Notes: generated by a model not told the origin, from the sequence alone. 64,000 nt of DNA from Dehalococcoidia bacterium (GCA_965224415.1 CBDCZB010000004.1:667070-731069), one strand, 5' to 3'. Counted from the stretch's first letter, positions 53,626 through 62,855 are shown. Translations and numbers: made by a program.

Positions 53626-54510
53626 CTAGGCGTTGGGCAAGCTGACGCCGGGGACATTAACCTGTATTCGGAAAAGGGCCCGTGGAGTGGTAATGAAGAG
53701 GGTCTTCCAATCATCACCGCCCCAGCCGCAGTTGGTGGTCTGGCCTCCCGTTACAATGGTGCCCAGATGCTTGCCGGACGAATCGAGAACCCAGACGCCG
53801 CCAGGTCCGACGCAGTATAGATTGCCCTGCACGTCCACCTTTATACCGTCAGGGACTCCAGGCAGGTCGCTCTCGAACGTCTGAAGGACCCGTTCAGTCT
53901 CCAGGTCCAGCAACCCCAAGTTGTTCACGTTGAAAGCTCGGAGGCGCCGTCCCCAGGTCTCTACGATATAGAGGACTTTCTCATCAGGGGAAAACGCCAG
54001 TCCGTTAGGGTAAATGAAGTCACCCACGAGCAAAGTAATGTTCCCTAGGTCCGCCGACACTCGATATACCCCGGAGCAGTCCATTTCGAGTTCTTCCGGC
54101 GGCACGCCCCTGTTTGGGTCGGTGAAGTAGATGCTCCCGTCGGACTTGACCGCCACGTCGTTGGGCCGGTTCAACCGGGCGCTCTTGTATCTGTTGGCAA
54201 CAACGGTGACGTCGCCAGCGGGCTCTAGTCGGGTGACCCTCCGGCTGGCGTGTTCACATGCTATCAGGCGGCCGTGTGTATCACGAGTGAGGCCATTAGC
54301 CTCATTGGTGGGTTTGTGGAATTCCGTGACACCCCCTTCGGGCATCCACTTCATGCGGCGATCGCCTCGTACATCGCTAAACAGGAGGCAGCTTTCCTCT
54401 TGAAGCCATAGGGGGCCCTCGGCCAGCTGGTATCCTGAGCTCAACTCCTCAACCTCTTGTTCGGGATCCAGAAGACGGTCTAGCTCGGGAGAAACACGTT
54501 GGATGGACAT
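53626..54510 (-). CDS. SMP-30/gluconolactonase/LRE-family lactonase
   Basis: LAEGPLW, FSD, NGL, PNDVAV and PDGIKVD beta-propeller motifs. The likely start is MSIQRVSPEL at 54510. Confidence 0.85.
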   Translation of the reverse strand: MSIQRVSPELDRLLDPEQEVEELSSGYQLAEGPLWLQEESCLLFSDVRGDRRMKWMPEGGVTEFHKPTNEANGLTRDTHGRLIACEHASRRVTRLEPAGDVTVVANRYKSARLNRPNDVAVKSDGSIYFTDPNRGVPPEELEMDCSGVYRVSADLGNITLLVGDFIYPNGLAFSPDEKVLYIVETWGRRLRAFNVNNLGLLDLETERVLQTFESDLPGVPDGIKVDVQGNLYCVGPGGVWVLDSSGKHLGTIVTGGQTTNCGWGGDDWKTLFITTPRALFRIQVNVPGVSLPNA

Positions 54511-54799
54511 TCTCGCCTCCTTTGTCGAGGCATCCCTGGAATCACGCACGGCAGCCCGGTGCGGGCGCGGCGCGCGGGGGTGTGAGGGACGATAGCATAC
54601 TCCAAGACGTTGCATCAACTTCCGGTCCGCTGTCTGAATTTCACCTGGCCAGCCCCGTTACGCCACAAGGTTGAACGTCAAGTGCGGCGGACCGGATCAT
54701 TCGATTGTGCGGCCCGATTGCATTGCTCTATAATGGCGTCGATTTCACACTGCCGGCCACGCGAGGACGAACCTGTCCATTAGAGAGGAGAGTATCGTT

Positions 54800-55960
54800 A
54801 TGGCGCTTCCTGAAAGAATGAAGTTCGGAATCTTCCTTGGACCCTACCATCCTATGAACGACAATCCCACCGTGGCCTTCCAGAGGGACCTGGAGTTGGT
54901 CCAGTGGCTGGACGACCTGGCTTTCGATGAGGCGTATATCGGTGAACACCACAGCGGAGGCTGGGAAACCATCTCCTCCCCGGAGGTCTTCATTGCCGCT
55001 CTGGCCGACCGGACCAAGTCAATCAAACTGGGCACGGGCGTGCTGAGCCTTCCCTACCATCACCCCCTGATGGCGGCAAACAGGCTCGTGCTTCTCGACC
55101 ACATTACCCGGGGCCGATTGATGATCGGCGTAGGCCCGGGAGGCCTCAACGCCGACGCATACATGATGGGCATTGACACCACCGTTCAGAGAGCGAGGAT
55201 GGAAGAGGCCCTAGGTGTTCTCATCCGGCTGTTCACCGAAACGGAGCCCATCAGCCATGAAAGCGATTGGTTCAAGCTACAGGACGCCCATCTGCAGGTC
55301 CGCCCCTACCAGCGTCCTCATCCCCCCATCGCGGTGTCGTCGATACATTCTCCCGCCGGGGTTGCGTTGGCAGGGAAGCATGGGACGTCGGTCCTGTCCA
55401 TGAGCATAGACCAGGACACCGACCTCTCCTACCAATGGGGCATAGCGGAGGAGTCCGCTGCCCGGCACGGACAAACGGTGCGGCGCGAGAACTGGCGGAT
55501 GGTGATGCCGGTGCACGTGGCGGAAACCCGGCAGCAGGCTTTTGATGACATCCGTTCCACCGCCGGAATCTACCAGAGAGAGTACCTGGAGCATACGCTC
55601 ACCCTCCAGATAGGCGACACGCCCATCGACAGGATCGTAGAGGAAATGTCCGAATCGGGTTCGTGGATTGTGGGCAGTCCCGACGACTGCATTCGCATGA
55701 TCCATCATCTGGACGAACGGAGCGGAGGGTTTGGCGGCCTGCTTGTCCAGGGCATCGACTGGGCCCCCAGGCAGAGGATACTTAACAGCTACGAACTGAT
55801 AGCCAGATACGTTGCGCCCCAGTTTCAGAATGGCCTCGTAGGGCTCGAGACTTCGAACCGGTGGTCCCAGGAACGCGCCCCGGATTTCATCTCCATGCGG
55901 GATAAAGCCAACGAGAGAGCCCAGGAAGACTACCGGAAGCGGGCCCAGGCCACGGCCTAG
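54800..55960 (+). CDS. LLM-class flavin-dependent monooxygenase (LimB / type II Baeyer-Villiger-like)
   Basis: MKFGIFLGPYHP...FDEAYIGEHHSGGWE...LGTGVLSLPYHHP. Confidence 0.8.
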   Translation: MALPERMKFGIFLGPYHPMNDNPTVAFQRDLELVQWLDDLAFDEAYIGEHHSGGWETISSPEVFIAALADRTKSIKLGTGVLSLPYHHPLMAANRLVLLDHITRGRLMIGVGPGGLNADAYMMGIDTTVQRARMEEALGVLIRLFTETEPISHESDWFKLQDAHLQVRPYQRPHPPIAVSSIHSPAGVALAGKHGTSVLSMSIDQDTDLSYQWGIAEESAARHGQTVRRENWRMVMPVHVAETRQQAFDDIRSTAGIYQREYLEHTLTLQIGDTPIDRIVEEMSESGSWIVGSPDDCIRMIHHLDERSGGFGGLLVQGIDWAPRQRILNSYELIARYVAPQFQNGLVGLETSNRWSQERAPDFISMRDKANERAQEDYRKRAQATA

Positions 55961-55989
55961 CCCGGCAGACCTCTGGACGGTGACGCGAG

Positions 55990-56949
55990 ATGCAGGGCTA
56001 CATACTGAAACGGGTCCTCCTCTTTATTCCCACAGCGTTCCTTGTCGTCACGCTGGTCTTTATAATCCTGCGGCTGGTTCCCGGAGACCCTGCAATCAAC
56101 AAGCTAGCGGGATTCGGGGGGCTTCAGGAGTACACCAATGATGACCTGGCGAGGATGCGGTCCAAGCTGGGCACCGACGTTCCCCTGATCACCCAGTACG
56201 GGAAGTGGCTTTGGGGTGTGGTGCAACTCGACTTCGGGGACTCGTTCACCTTCGAGACTCCAGTGTGGACCGACGTGAAGCAGAAGTTCCCTATCACCCT
56301 CGAGTTGACGGTGGTCGCCCTGTTGATTTCGGGCGTAGTGGCCGTCCCACTGGGGGTGCTGTCGGCCGTCAACCAGGACACGTGGCCGGACTATGCTGGG
56401 CGTATGTTAACCATCGGCGGCATCGCTTTGCCGAATTTCTGGATTGGGGTCTTAGTAGTCTATTTCCTCTCGAACTATTTCAATTGGCTGCCTCCCTTAG
56501 ACTACACCGACTTGTGGAAAGACCCTCTTAAAAATCTTCAACAGATTATCTTTCCAGCCTTAGTCCTGGCCATGAGCAACATGGCCTACATAGCTCGGTT
56601 AACCCGCTCAGCCACCCTGGAGGTGTTCCGGGAAGACTACATCCGCACTGCCCGGGCCAAAGGGCTTACGGACCGAGCCGTCATCTGGCGCCACACTTTG
56701 AAGAACGCTATGCTGCCCGTCATTACCGTCTCCGGCATTCAGTTCGGAACCCTCATGGGCGGAACCGTGATTATTGAGAAAATCTTCAACATACCGGGAA
56801 TGGGAAGTCTCCTGATAAACGCCATTCAAACGCGGGACTATCCTCAAGTCCAGGCCATCGTAATAATCATCACTGTGTTGATCCTGGCGCTGAACCTGAT
56901 AGTGGACGTACTCTACGCGTGGCTTAACCCGCGAATCAGGTACGCCTGA
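55990..56949 (+). CDS. ABC transporter permease (DppB/OppB-like)
   Basis: YILKRVLLFIPTAFLV N-terminus and EDYIRTARAKGL EAA loop. Confidence 0.9.
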   Translation: MQGYILKRVLLFIPTAFLVVTLVFIILRLVPGDPAINKLAGFGGLQEYTNDDLARMRSKLGTDVPLITQYGKWLWGVVQLDFGDSFTFETPVWTDVKQKFPITLELTVVALLISGVVAVPLGVLSAVNQDTWPDYAGRMLTIGGIALPNFWIGVLVVYFLSNYFNWLPPLDYTDLWKDPLKNLQQIIFPALVLAMSNMAYIARLTRSATLEVFREDYIRTARAKGLTDRAVIWRHTLKNAMLPVITVSGIQFGTLMGGTVIIEKIFNIPGMGSLLINAIQTRDYPQVQAIVIIITVLILALNLIVDVLYAWLNPRIRYA

Positions 56950-56978
56950 TGGCGGAGAGTACGAGGCGTTGATATGCG

Positions 56979-57917
56979 ATGAATGAGCAAATTGAAGCCC
57001 AAGAGGCGTTGCGAGGGCGGAGCCTGGACGGCCTCCGTCCAAAACTTCAGGTCTGGCGCTACATCTTTCATTTTGCCAGAACGAAACCCCTCGGTGCGGT
57101 TGGAGCCGCGGTTGCCATTCTCCTGATAATCGTTGCGATATTCGCCCCTCAGATACGGACCCAAGACCCCTATATAATCGACTACACGGCCCCCTACGCC
57201 TCTCCCAGCAGCGAAATGCTGTTCGGAGGCGATGAACTGGGCAGAGACGTGTTCAGCAGGCTCGTTACGGGATCCAGGATATCCCTGCGAGTCGGGCTGA
57301 TTAGCGCCTTTGCCGGCTGCACCATAGGAATGCTGATCGGGCTGGCCAGCGCCTATTATGGAGGAGTAGCCGACTTGCTGGTGCAGAGGTTGGTAGACGC
57401 CATGATAGCCTTCCCGTATCTGGTCCTGGCCATAGCGCTGATGGCGGCGTTGGCCACAACCGAATTGCCTCTTCTGGAGGACCCCATCAACAAGGTGATC
57501 CTTGCGCTGACCATATTATTCATTCCCATCACTATAAGGATCGTGCGCTCTCAAGGACTGGCCATCAAGGAAATGGACTACGTCCTCGCCGCCAGGGCCG
57601 TCGGGGCCGGGACCGCACGCATCATACTGCGCCACATGGCCCCCAACGTGGTGGCCATCTGGATCGTAGCCGTCACCTTCAACATGGCCATAGCCATCAT
57701 TGCGGAGGCGTCCCTCAGCTTCCTGGGAGTGGGCGCCGGACCTGAAGTCCCGTCGTGGGGCAGCATGCTCAATGGGGCCACCAAGAAGTATGTCGGCGTT
57801 GGCCCCTGGCTGGCGGTCTTTCCCGGGCTGGCGATAGCCATCGTAGTGTACTCCTGGAACCTGCTGGGTGACGCACTGCGTGACGTATTGGACCCGCGGC
57901 TCCGAGGCAGCAGCTAG
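56979..57917 (+). CDS. ABC transporter permease (DppC/OppC-like)
   Basis: GGDELGRDVFSR and EMDYVLAARAVGA EAA loop. Confidence 0.9.
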   Translation: MNEQIEAQEALRGRSLDGLRPKLQVWRYIFHFARTKPLGAVGAAVAILLIIVAIFAPQIRTQDPYIIDYTAPYASPSSEMLFGGDELGRDVFSRLVTGSRISLRVGLISAFAGCTIGMLIGLASAYYGGVADLLVQRLVDAMIAFPYLVLAIALMAALATTELPLLEDPINKVILALTILFIPITIRIVRSQGLAIKEMDYVLAARAVGAGTARIILRHMAPNVVAIWIVAVTFNMAIAIIAEASLSFLGVGAGPEVPSWGSMLNGATKKYVGVGPWLAVFPGLAIAIVVYSWNLLGDALRDVLDPRLRGSS

Positions 57918-57971
57918 ACACTCGGTCCGATTCCCAGCCTTAACGGGGTGTTCCCCATTCAATCACCCATC

Positions 57972-58493
57972 TTAGAAGGGTGGCTTGTAGCCGTAGTGGT
58001 CACAGGCGTCAGCTAGGTGGATAGCCGCAGTGACCGTCAGGTCTTCCACCGCTTCGTAAGCTACTGCCCAAAGAGCGTAGCTTCTGGCTTCGAGTTCTGG
58101 TTCGTCAGCCTTGCTGAAATACTTGTCGTAGAGAATCGCCATCTTCTCGACGTTCTCCAGCAATATCGGCTCCGGGAGATGGGGTATCACGTCCGGCTCC
58201 ACTCGGCTTCCACCAGAGGGGTCTTCTATTACGACAGTCCACCAGCGACAGCCAACAGCACCTAGAGAAGGCTTAGACGTCGGCGAAGGAGTATAGGTCG
58301 GTCTTGGAGTCGGTGTTGGCCTTCCGGTGGTTCGAGTAGCCTCTTCTCTGCCTCTAGCTAGAGAGGTACGCATGTCGTTTGTGGTTACGGTGAATGTCAG
58401 CGAGAGGTTCGGAGTGGGTGTCACGTTGGTTGTGCATCCCGTCAGCAGAATGGTCACCACTATCGGTAACCAAAGGTGGTTGTGGCTGTACAC
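57972..58493 (-). CDS. hypothetical lipoprotein (orphan)
   Basis: GTG 58493 lies 7 nt after GGGGGAG. Signal peptide with lipobox ILLTGC and a PT-rich linker. I recognise no family. The track ORF extends to 58577. Confidence 0.4.
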   Translation of the reverse strand: MYSHNHLWLPIVVTILLTGCTTNVTPTPNLSLTFTVTTNDMRTSLARGREEATRTTGRPTPTPRPTYTPSPTSKPSLGAVGCRWWTVVIEDPSGGSRVEPDVIPHLPEPILLENVEKMAILYDKYFSKADEPELEARSYALWAVAYEAVEDLTVTAAIHLADACDHYGYKPPF

Positions 58494-58663
58494 CGGTGCT
58501 CCCCCACGGGATAAGGATCGCGGGTTACAACCACAGCAACCGACAACCAGCAGCCATGGGGGAGCATATCGCTCCACGTCCTTAATTCCAGAAGCCTGCT
58601 ATGAAAACAGGACGATGCCAGTTGCTGTGGTTAACACCAGTATGCTCAGTAGTTGCTACGGTT

Positions 58664-59074
58664 TCAACAGACCTTCCAGAGTGGCCCGAGGATTCTTCCC
58701 AGCATAGCGATTCTCAGTGACATAGTTAGTTGTTCCACGAGGTGAGTACGTACCCAGCGTTCATGAATCCTGGCAAACTGGTCGCGACTCCTCCCATACA
58801 AGTGTCGTCTCTCTGGTGGAGGGATGAGAGCTTTCAGTCCCACGATGTTACCGGCTTCGTTGACTAGTCTCCACCACTTGCCCATGAGGTAGGCTGGTGG
58901 CTCCCACTCAGACGACGTAGGAACGTAAACCGTCTCGACTACCTTACCCATATGCATCTTGGTGGTTATCTCGGTTCCGTGCATCGAGAACGCTCCGTCA
59001 ATGGCTTTGTAGCCAGGGCCGTCGGAGAGAATCTCCCGACTGATACGTATCTTGTTGGGGTCAGGCATTACCAT
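58664..59074 (-). CDS. hypothetical protein (orphan)
   Basis: ATG 59074 lies 8 nt after AAGGA. I recognise no motifs. Confidence 0.4.
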   Translation of the reverse strand: MVMPDPNKIRISREILSDGPGYKAIDGAFSMHGTEITTKMHMGKVVETVYVPTSSEWEPPAYLMGKWWRLVNEAGNIVGLKALIPPPERRHLYGRSRDQFARIHERWVRTHLVEQLTMSLRIAMLGRILGPLWKVC

Positions 59075-59496
59075 CGTGTCTGTCCTTACGTAGCAGTCCC
59101 TCACCAGAGAGGGACTGATGAGGGACTGCTTAGTGTGTCAGGTTCTAGAGGAGGGTCAACAATTGGTCCCGTCCTGGATGACTTGTCTGTGTTTGCTGTA
59201 GTAGACGCCGTTAGCTAACATCCAATGGCTGCTGTCGGACTTGTAAGTGCCATTCTCACAAGGACCATCGGCGACGGCTTTCACAGAAACCTTATCTCGT
59301 TCTTCTCGGTAGCCAGGAGAACCGAAGGGCCACCACCAACAGATTTGCCCGACGCACTCGGCCTGATATATCTTGACGCTGGCTCCGATGGCAGATGGCC
59401 TGAATCCATTGGGACAAAACGTAGTCGCGACAGCATCAATCGTGCCGGGTTCGTGAAGCGACTTGTGAGCCCCGCTGAGTCTGCCTTTACAATTTT

Positions 59497-59505
59497 AGTA
59501 TACCA
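59497..59505 (-). promoter_or_regulatory. extended -10 element TGGTATACT
   Basis: The minus strand reads ggaTGGTATACTaaaattg, directly downstream of the terminator-like hairpin at 59552-59596. Confidence 0.35.
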
Positions 59506-59551
59506 TCCAAAGTATAGAGACAACGTCATCCGTTCATGCCGCTGCCACAAA

Positions 59552-59596
59552 GAAACCCCCTAGACCCCTCATCGAACGGGGCCCAGGGGGTGTTTC
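59552..59596 (-). terminator. intrinsic terminator-like hairpin downstream of SBP gene 2
   Basis: The minus strand reads GAAACACCCCCT...AGGGGGTTTC followed by TTTG, with an inner GGGGCCCC/GGGG-CCCC stem. Confidence 0.45.
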
Positions 59597-59670
59597 CTTG
59601 GTTCTAGGTGAGCTTTTGGCAGCCGCCTGTTAAAACGGGGACTGCCCTCCCCGGCGCTACTGTCCAGGAC

Positions 59671-61548
59671 TTAGTTGCACGCGGGATCGCACCAGATATG
59701 GTCCCACTTGGTGTATGTGCTCAGAACACCTGGGACCTGGAGGCCCTGTATCACGTTGTCGACGATAAAGGCCTGCTGAACGTACCACAGATTGGGGTGA
59801 GAGCTGTCCTCCACGAGCAGGTTGTTGGCCATCAAGGCCAGCTCACGCTGCCTGGCGATGTCAGACGTCGATGCAAGCTCGGCCCACAGTTTATCGGCCT
59901 CCTCGTTATAGACTCCGGTTCGAGTGGTGTGGTCTCTGTTTCCAGCTGAGTAATTCCCGACTGATACGTCGGGGATGGGCGGGCTGGCGCTCTGGGCTAT
60001 CATGAAGATCTCGTAGTCTCGTTGGTCCATCTGGGTGTTCCCCACGTTGAACTCGACTGCGTTGACGGTCACCTCCCAGCCAAGGTATTCCCTCAATTGC
60101 TGCTGCATCATCAGCGCTTCCTCACAGTAGTCGACAACCTTTTGACAGCCTATGCTGAGTTCGCTGCCTGGGCCAAGGCCAAGCCCCTGGAAAATCCTCT
60201 GGGCTTCAGCGATGTCGTCAGGATGTTTTTCGCCGTTCAACTCTCGGTATCCTGGCATATCCGCAACCAGCTCGCAGTCGAAGCTCCATGTGTAGCCGCA
60301 GGGAAGGGGAGTGCCTAACTTGTACGCCCCGCCGCTTAGAATTTGTATCATGGGCTGCCGGTGGACGACCAAGTGCAGAGCTCGCCGGGCCTCGGGGGTG
60401 TTCCAGGGTTCCCTGTCTGCATTCATGATAAAGCCAGTCACCCAGGAAGGGCCGGCGTAGTGGACGATCGCCTGGTCTGCCAACTCTTCTTCCAGTTGCT
60501 TGGCCTCGGTGATGGAAAGGCCTGCGTTGATAGTGGTGGTCATTAGGACTTGGCGCGTCTTGTAAGCCGCTGCTATCGTGCCTTTGTCAATAATGATGAA
60601 CTGGGAAACGCCGTCAAGCCACGGCGTGTTTTCCCTCCAGTAGTCGTCGTTCCTTTCCCAGTGAGTAGCTACGTCCCTCTCGAACCTGTCCAACTTGTAG
60701 GGCCCCGTGCCATTGAGAGTTTCGGGGAAGGCGAACTTGTGCAACTGCCCTTCCTCGGCGTACTTCTTTTGCATGATGGGGAACACATTCCTACCGAATA
60801 GGTTGAGGAAGAACGGCCCGGGCCTGCTGAGCCTGAATTGCAGGGTGTTTTCATCCAGGGCCACAATGTCCTCATTGTAGTTCTCGAAGTAGGGCAGCAG
60901 TTTCTGGCCGTCGCCGGAAGCAACCCCGTTAGTCTCTTCCCGCACTAGGGCTACGTCACTGAGATCCGGGGCAATCTTGGCCGTAAGGCTGAACAAAATG
61001 TCGTCCATGATCAGAGGGTCGCCGTTATGGAACGTTACGCCCTCGCGAATGTTGAAGGTGTAGATGCGGCCGTCTTCCGAAATCTCCCAGCTTTCAGCGA
61101 GGTCCTCTCTTAAGTCAAGTGGGTCTTCGGTGAGGGGATCGTACTCCACAACCTGACTCACGAGACCGGCGAGGTGGAGCTGTACACCGTAAGTGGTGCC
61201 CGGGCCCAGAACGAATACGGTCTCCGGCCCGACGTTCATGTGCATGGGAACGACGCCGCCCATCTTGCCCATCATGGCAGGAGCCTCCGTCGGGGCAGGG
61301 GCGGATGTCGGCGTGGCAGCCGCAGTGGCCACAGGAGCCGTAGTTGCAGCAGGGGCTTCTGTGGCTTCTGGAGCCTCCGTGGCGGCAGGAGCTGTCGTAG
61401 CTGTGGGAACCGTGGTGGCGACCGGAGCCGTAGTGGAGGTCGGAGCCGGCTCATCCCCGCCCCCGCAAGCGCCTGCTATTAGAAACACCAGCGCCAGAGA
61501 CAGGACCATTATCCCCATGGGGGCCCGGAACATAGACCGAATCGTCAT
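59671..61548 (-). CDS. family-5 ABC substrate-binding lipoprotein (paralogue of 51215..53317)
   Basis: The signal peptide MTIRSMFRAPMGIMVLSLALVFLIAGACGG is nearly identical to SBP 1. An A/T/P-rich linker of about 60 aa is followed by the SBP_bac_5-like body. Confidence 0.85.
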   Translation of the reverse strand: MTIRSMFRAPMGIMVLSLALVFLIAGACGGGDEPAPTSTTAPVATTVPTATTAPAATEAPEATEAPAATTAPVATAAATPTSAPAPTEAPAMMGKMGGVVPMHMNVGPETVFVLGPGTTYGVQLHLAGLVSQVVEYDPLTEDPLDLREDLAESWEISEDGRIYTFNIREGVTFHNGDPLIMDDILFSLTAKIAPDLSDVALVREETNGVASGDGQKLLPYFENYNEDIVALDENTLQFRLSRPGPFFLNLFGRNVFPIMQKKYAEEGQLHKFAFPETLNGTGPYKLDRFERDVATHWERNDDYWRENTPWLDGVSQFIIIDKGTIAAAYKTRQVLMTTTINAGLSITEAKQLEEELADQAIVHYAGPSWVTGFIMNADREPWNTPEARRALHLVVHRQPMIQILSGGAYKLGTPLPCGYTWSFDCELVADMPGYRELNGEKHPDDIAEAQRIFQGLGLGPGSELSIGCQKVVDYCEEALMMQQQLREYLGWEVTVNAVEFNVGNTQMDQRDYEIFMIAQSASPPIPDVSVGNYSAGNRDHTTRTGVYNEEADKLWAELASTSDIARQRELALMANNLLVEDSSHPNLWYVQQAFIVDNVIQGLQVPGVLSTYTKWDHIWCDPACN

Positions 61549-61691
61549 TACTCCCTCCAACAATAAATACCACGCGTTTAACGCACTGCCATCACGGAGC
61601 ATCGGTGGGGAGGAGGTCTATGTCCCGGGTTGGGCCACGCTCCCCGCCAACTCGCAATCGCCGTGGATACACCCGATATCAATCGCAATAT
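61549..61691 (-). promoter_or_regulatory. conserved 5' leader of SBP gene 2 (candidate cis-regulatory RNA)
   Basis: The core at 61596-61645 is shared with 53384-53433. The SD is GGAGGGAG. Confidence 0.5.
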
Positions 61692-61720
61692 AAAGTACGC
61701 CTACTTGATTGCCTTGTCAA
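61692..61720 (-). promoter_or_regulatory. sigma70-like promoter TTGACA-17-TACTTT of SBP gene 2
   Basis: The minus strand reads TTGACAaggcaatcaagtaggcgTACTTT. Confidence 0.55.
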
Positions 61721-61803
61721 CTTAACTGTGCCGATTCGGTAGCTGTCGAACACTATGAAACAGCGCACGCTCAACGACATTGCAGTCTACCCCACGGAGC
61801 CGT

Positions 61804-61831
61804 CCTGGGTCCTGGCCTCCGCTGGGATGAC
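61804..61831. repeat. decayed copy of repeat family A (reverse orientation)
   Basis: The reverse complement GTCATCCCAGCGGAGGCCAGGACCCAGG matches GTCATTCCGGCGGAGGCCGGAATCCAGG at 23/28 positions. The stem is eroded. Confidence 0.5.
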
Positions 61832-62030
61832 GGAGATTGGCCGATGAAGACTGACTGTACTCGGTCCCTCTTGCAGAAGAGAGTTGAGATAGGGATGATA
61901 CGACACTTCCGCCCGATGTCATCGTAGCAGTGTCTTTTGTCGGAGTCTAGAAACGGAGAAGGGGCCAGCTCATTGTGGAGCCGACCCCTTGCAACCAATC
62001 GTTCGTTGATCCGCCTCTGGGAAGGGCAGT

Positions 62031-62855
62031 TTACTGCTCGCCCATCTTGCGCTTCACCTTGGCCACGTACTCCAGCGCTCCGCGAGCCACCCACGACTGC
62101 CAGCCCATCTGGAAGTACCTGGCTCCCTTTTCTATGTAGTCTTCCACGTCTTCGTCGTTGACCAGGCATCCGGCCACCTTGCCTGCAGCCACGCACTTGG
62201 CTATGCAATCGTCGACAATCTTCTGCACGTCTGGATGATAACGCTGGCCGGCCATTCCCATGTCTTGTGACAGGTCGCCAGCCCCTATGAAGAAGGCATC
62301 CACGTGCTCCACGGTGAGAATCTCGTCGAAGTTCTTTATCCCCTCAACCTCTTCGATGAACAATATGACCGTGGTCTGTTCGTTGGACTTCGTGCGCGCG
62401 TCGGCTACGCCCACACCTTGGCGCCCCAGGTAGTCGCCGCGCCTTCCGATGGGGCCGTATTTGACCGACCTGACCACCGCCTCGGCCGCTTCCTTGGTCC
62501 TAACGTGGGGCACAGCCACGCCGTCACAGCCCGCATCCAGCACCCGCTGGATTATCCACGGGTCGTTGGGGACGCGAACAACGGAGCTAATCCCCCAAAG
62601 ATCGCAGGCCCTGGACATGTTCCCAAGGTCCTTCAGGGACAACACAGGCGGCGTGTGCTCCCACTCCATCCATATCCCCTCGAAACCGAATTGTCCCATG
62701 TAGTCCACCATCTCAGGTGTGCCTAATCCGTACAGAGTGGTGCCGCACTGGCCTTCTTGCAAAGCCTTCTTGAGCCTGTTGACTCGCCATTCCCGTACGG
62801 GCGGGGGGCTCCATACATTGAAGACTTCCGGGTCCGATGCGCCTTGCGTGGTCAT
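62031..62855 (-). CDS. HpcH/HpaI-family aldolase
   Basis: FEGIWMEWEH, VVRVPNDPWIIQRVLDAGCDGVAVPHV, and GDLS later in the protein. Confidence 0.85.
   Translation of the reverse strand: MTTQGASDPEVFNVWSPPPVREWRVNRLKKALQEGQCGTTLYGLGTPEMVDYMGQFGFEGIWMEWEHTPPVLSLKDLGNMSRACDLWGISSVVRVPNDPWIIQRVLDAGCDGVAVPHVRTKEAAEAVVRSVKYGPIGRRGDYLGRQGVGVADARTKSNEQTTVILFIEEVEGIKNFDEILTVEHVDAFFIGAGDLSQDMGMAGQRYHPDVQKIVDDCIAKCVAAGKVAGCLVNDEDVEDYIEKGARYFQMGWQSWVARGALEYVAKVKRKMGEQ

Noticed and set aside
59225-59563. Track ORFs 59225..59563 (+, 112 aa) and 59281..59550 (-, 89 aa).
   Set aside because: The translations are Arg/Ser-rich or compositionally odd. Both overlap the more protein-like, though start-less, third frame. 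No RBS is evident. I kept only the observation that the region is open in several frames.
61270-61460. Repetitive GC-rich DNA (recurring GGAGCCGTAGT and GCAGC units) that might be a VNTR or a diversity-generating target.
   Set aside because: It encodes the low-complexity Ala/Thr/Pro linker of SBP 2 (TTAPVATTVPTATTAPAATEAPEATEAP...). I saw no second template copy or reverse transcriptase in the window.
61709-62208. ORFs 61709..61927 (+), 61722..61922 (-) and 61771..62208 (-) in the spacer between the aldolase gene and the SBP 2 promoter.
   Set aside because: They have no RBS and low-complexity, repeat-derived translations, including a decayed family A repeat. The last one overlaps the aldolase gene out of frame.
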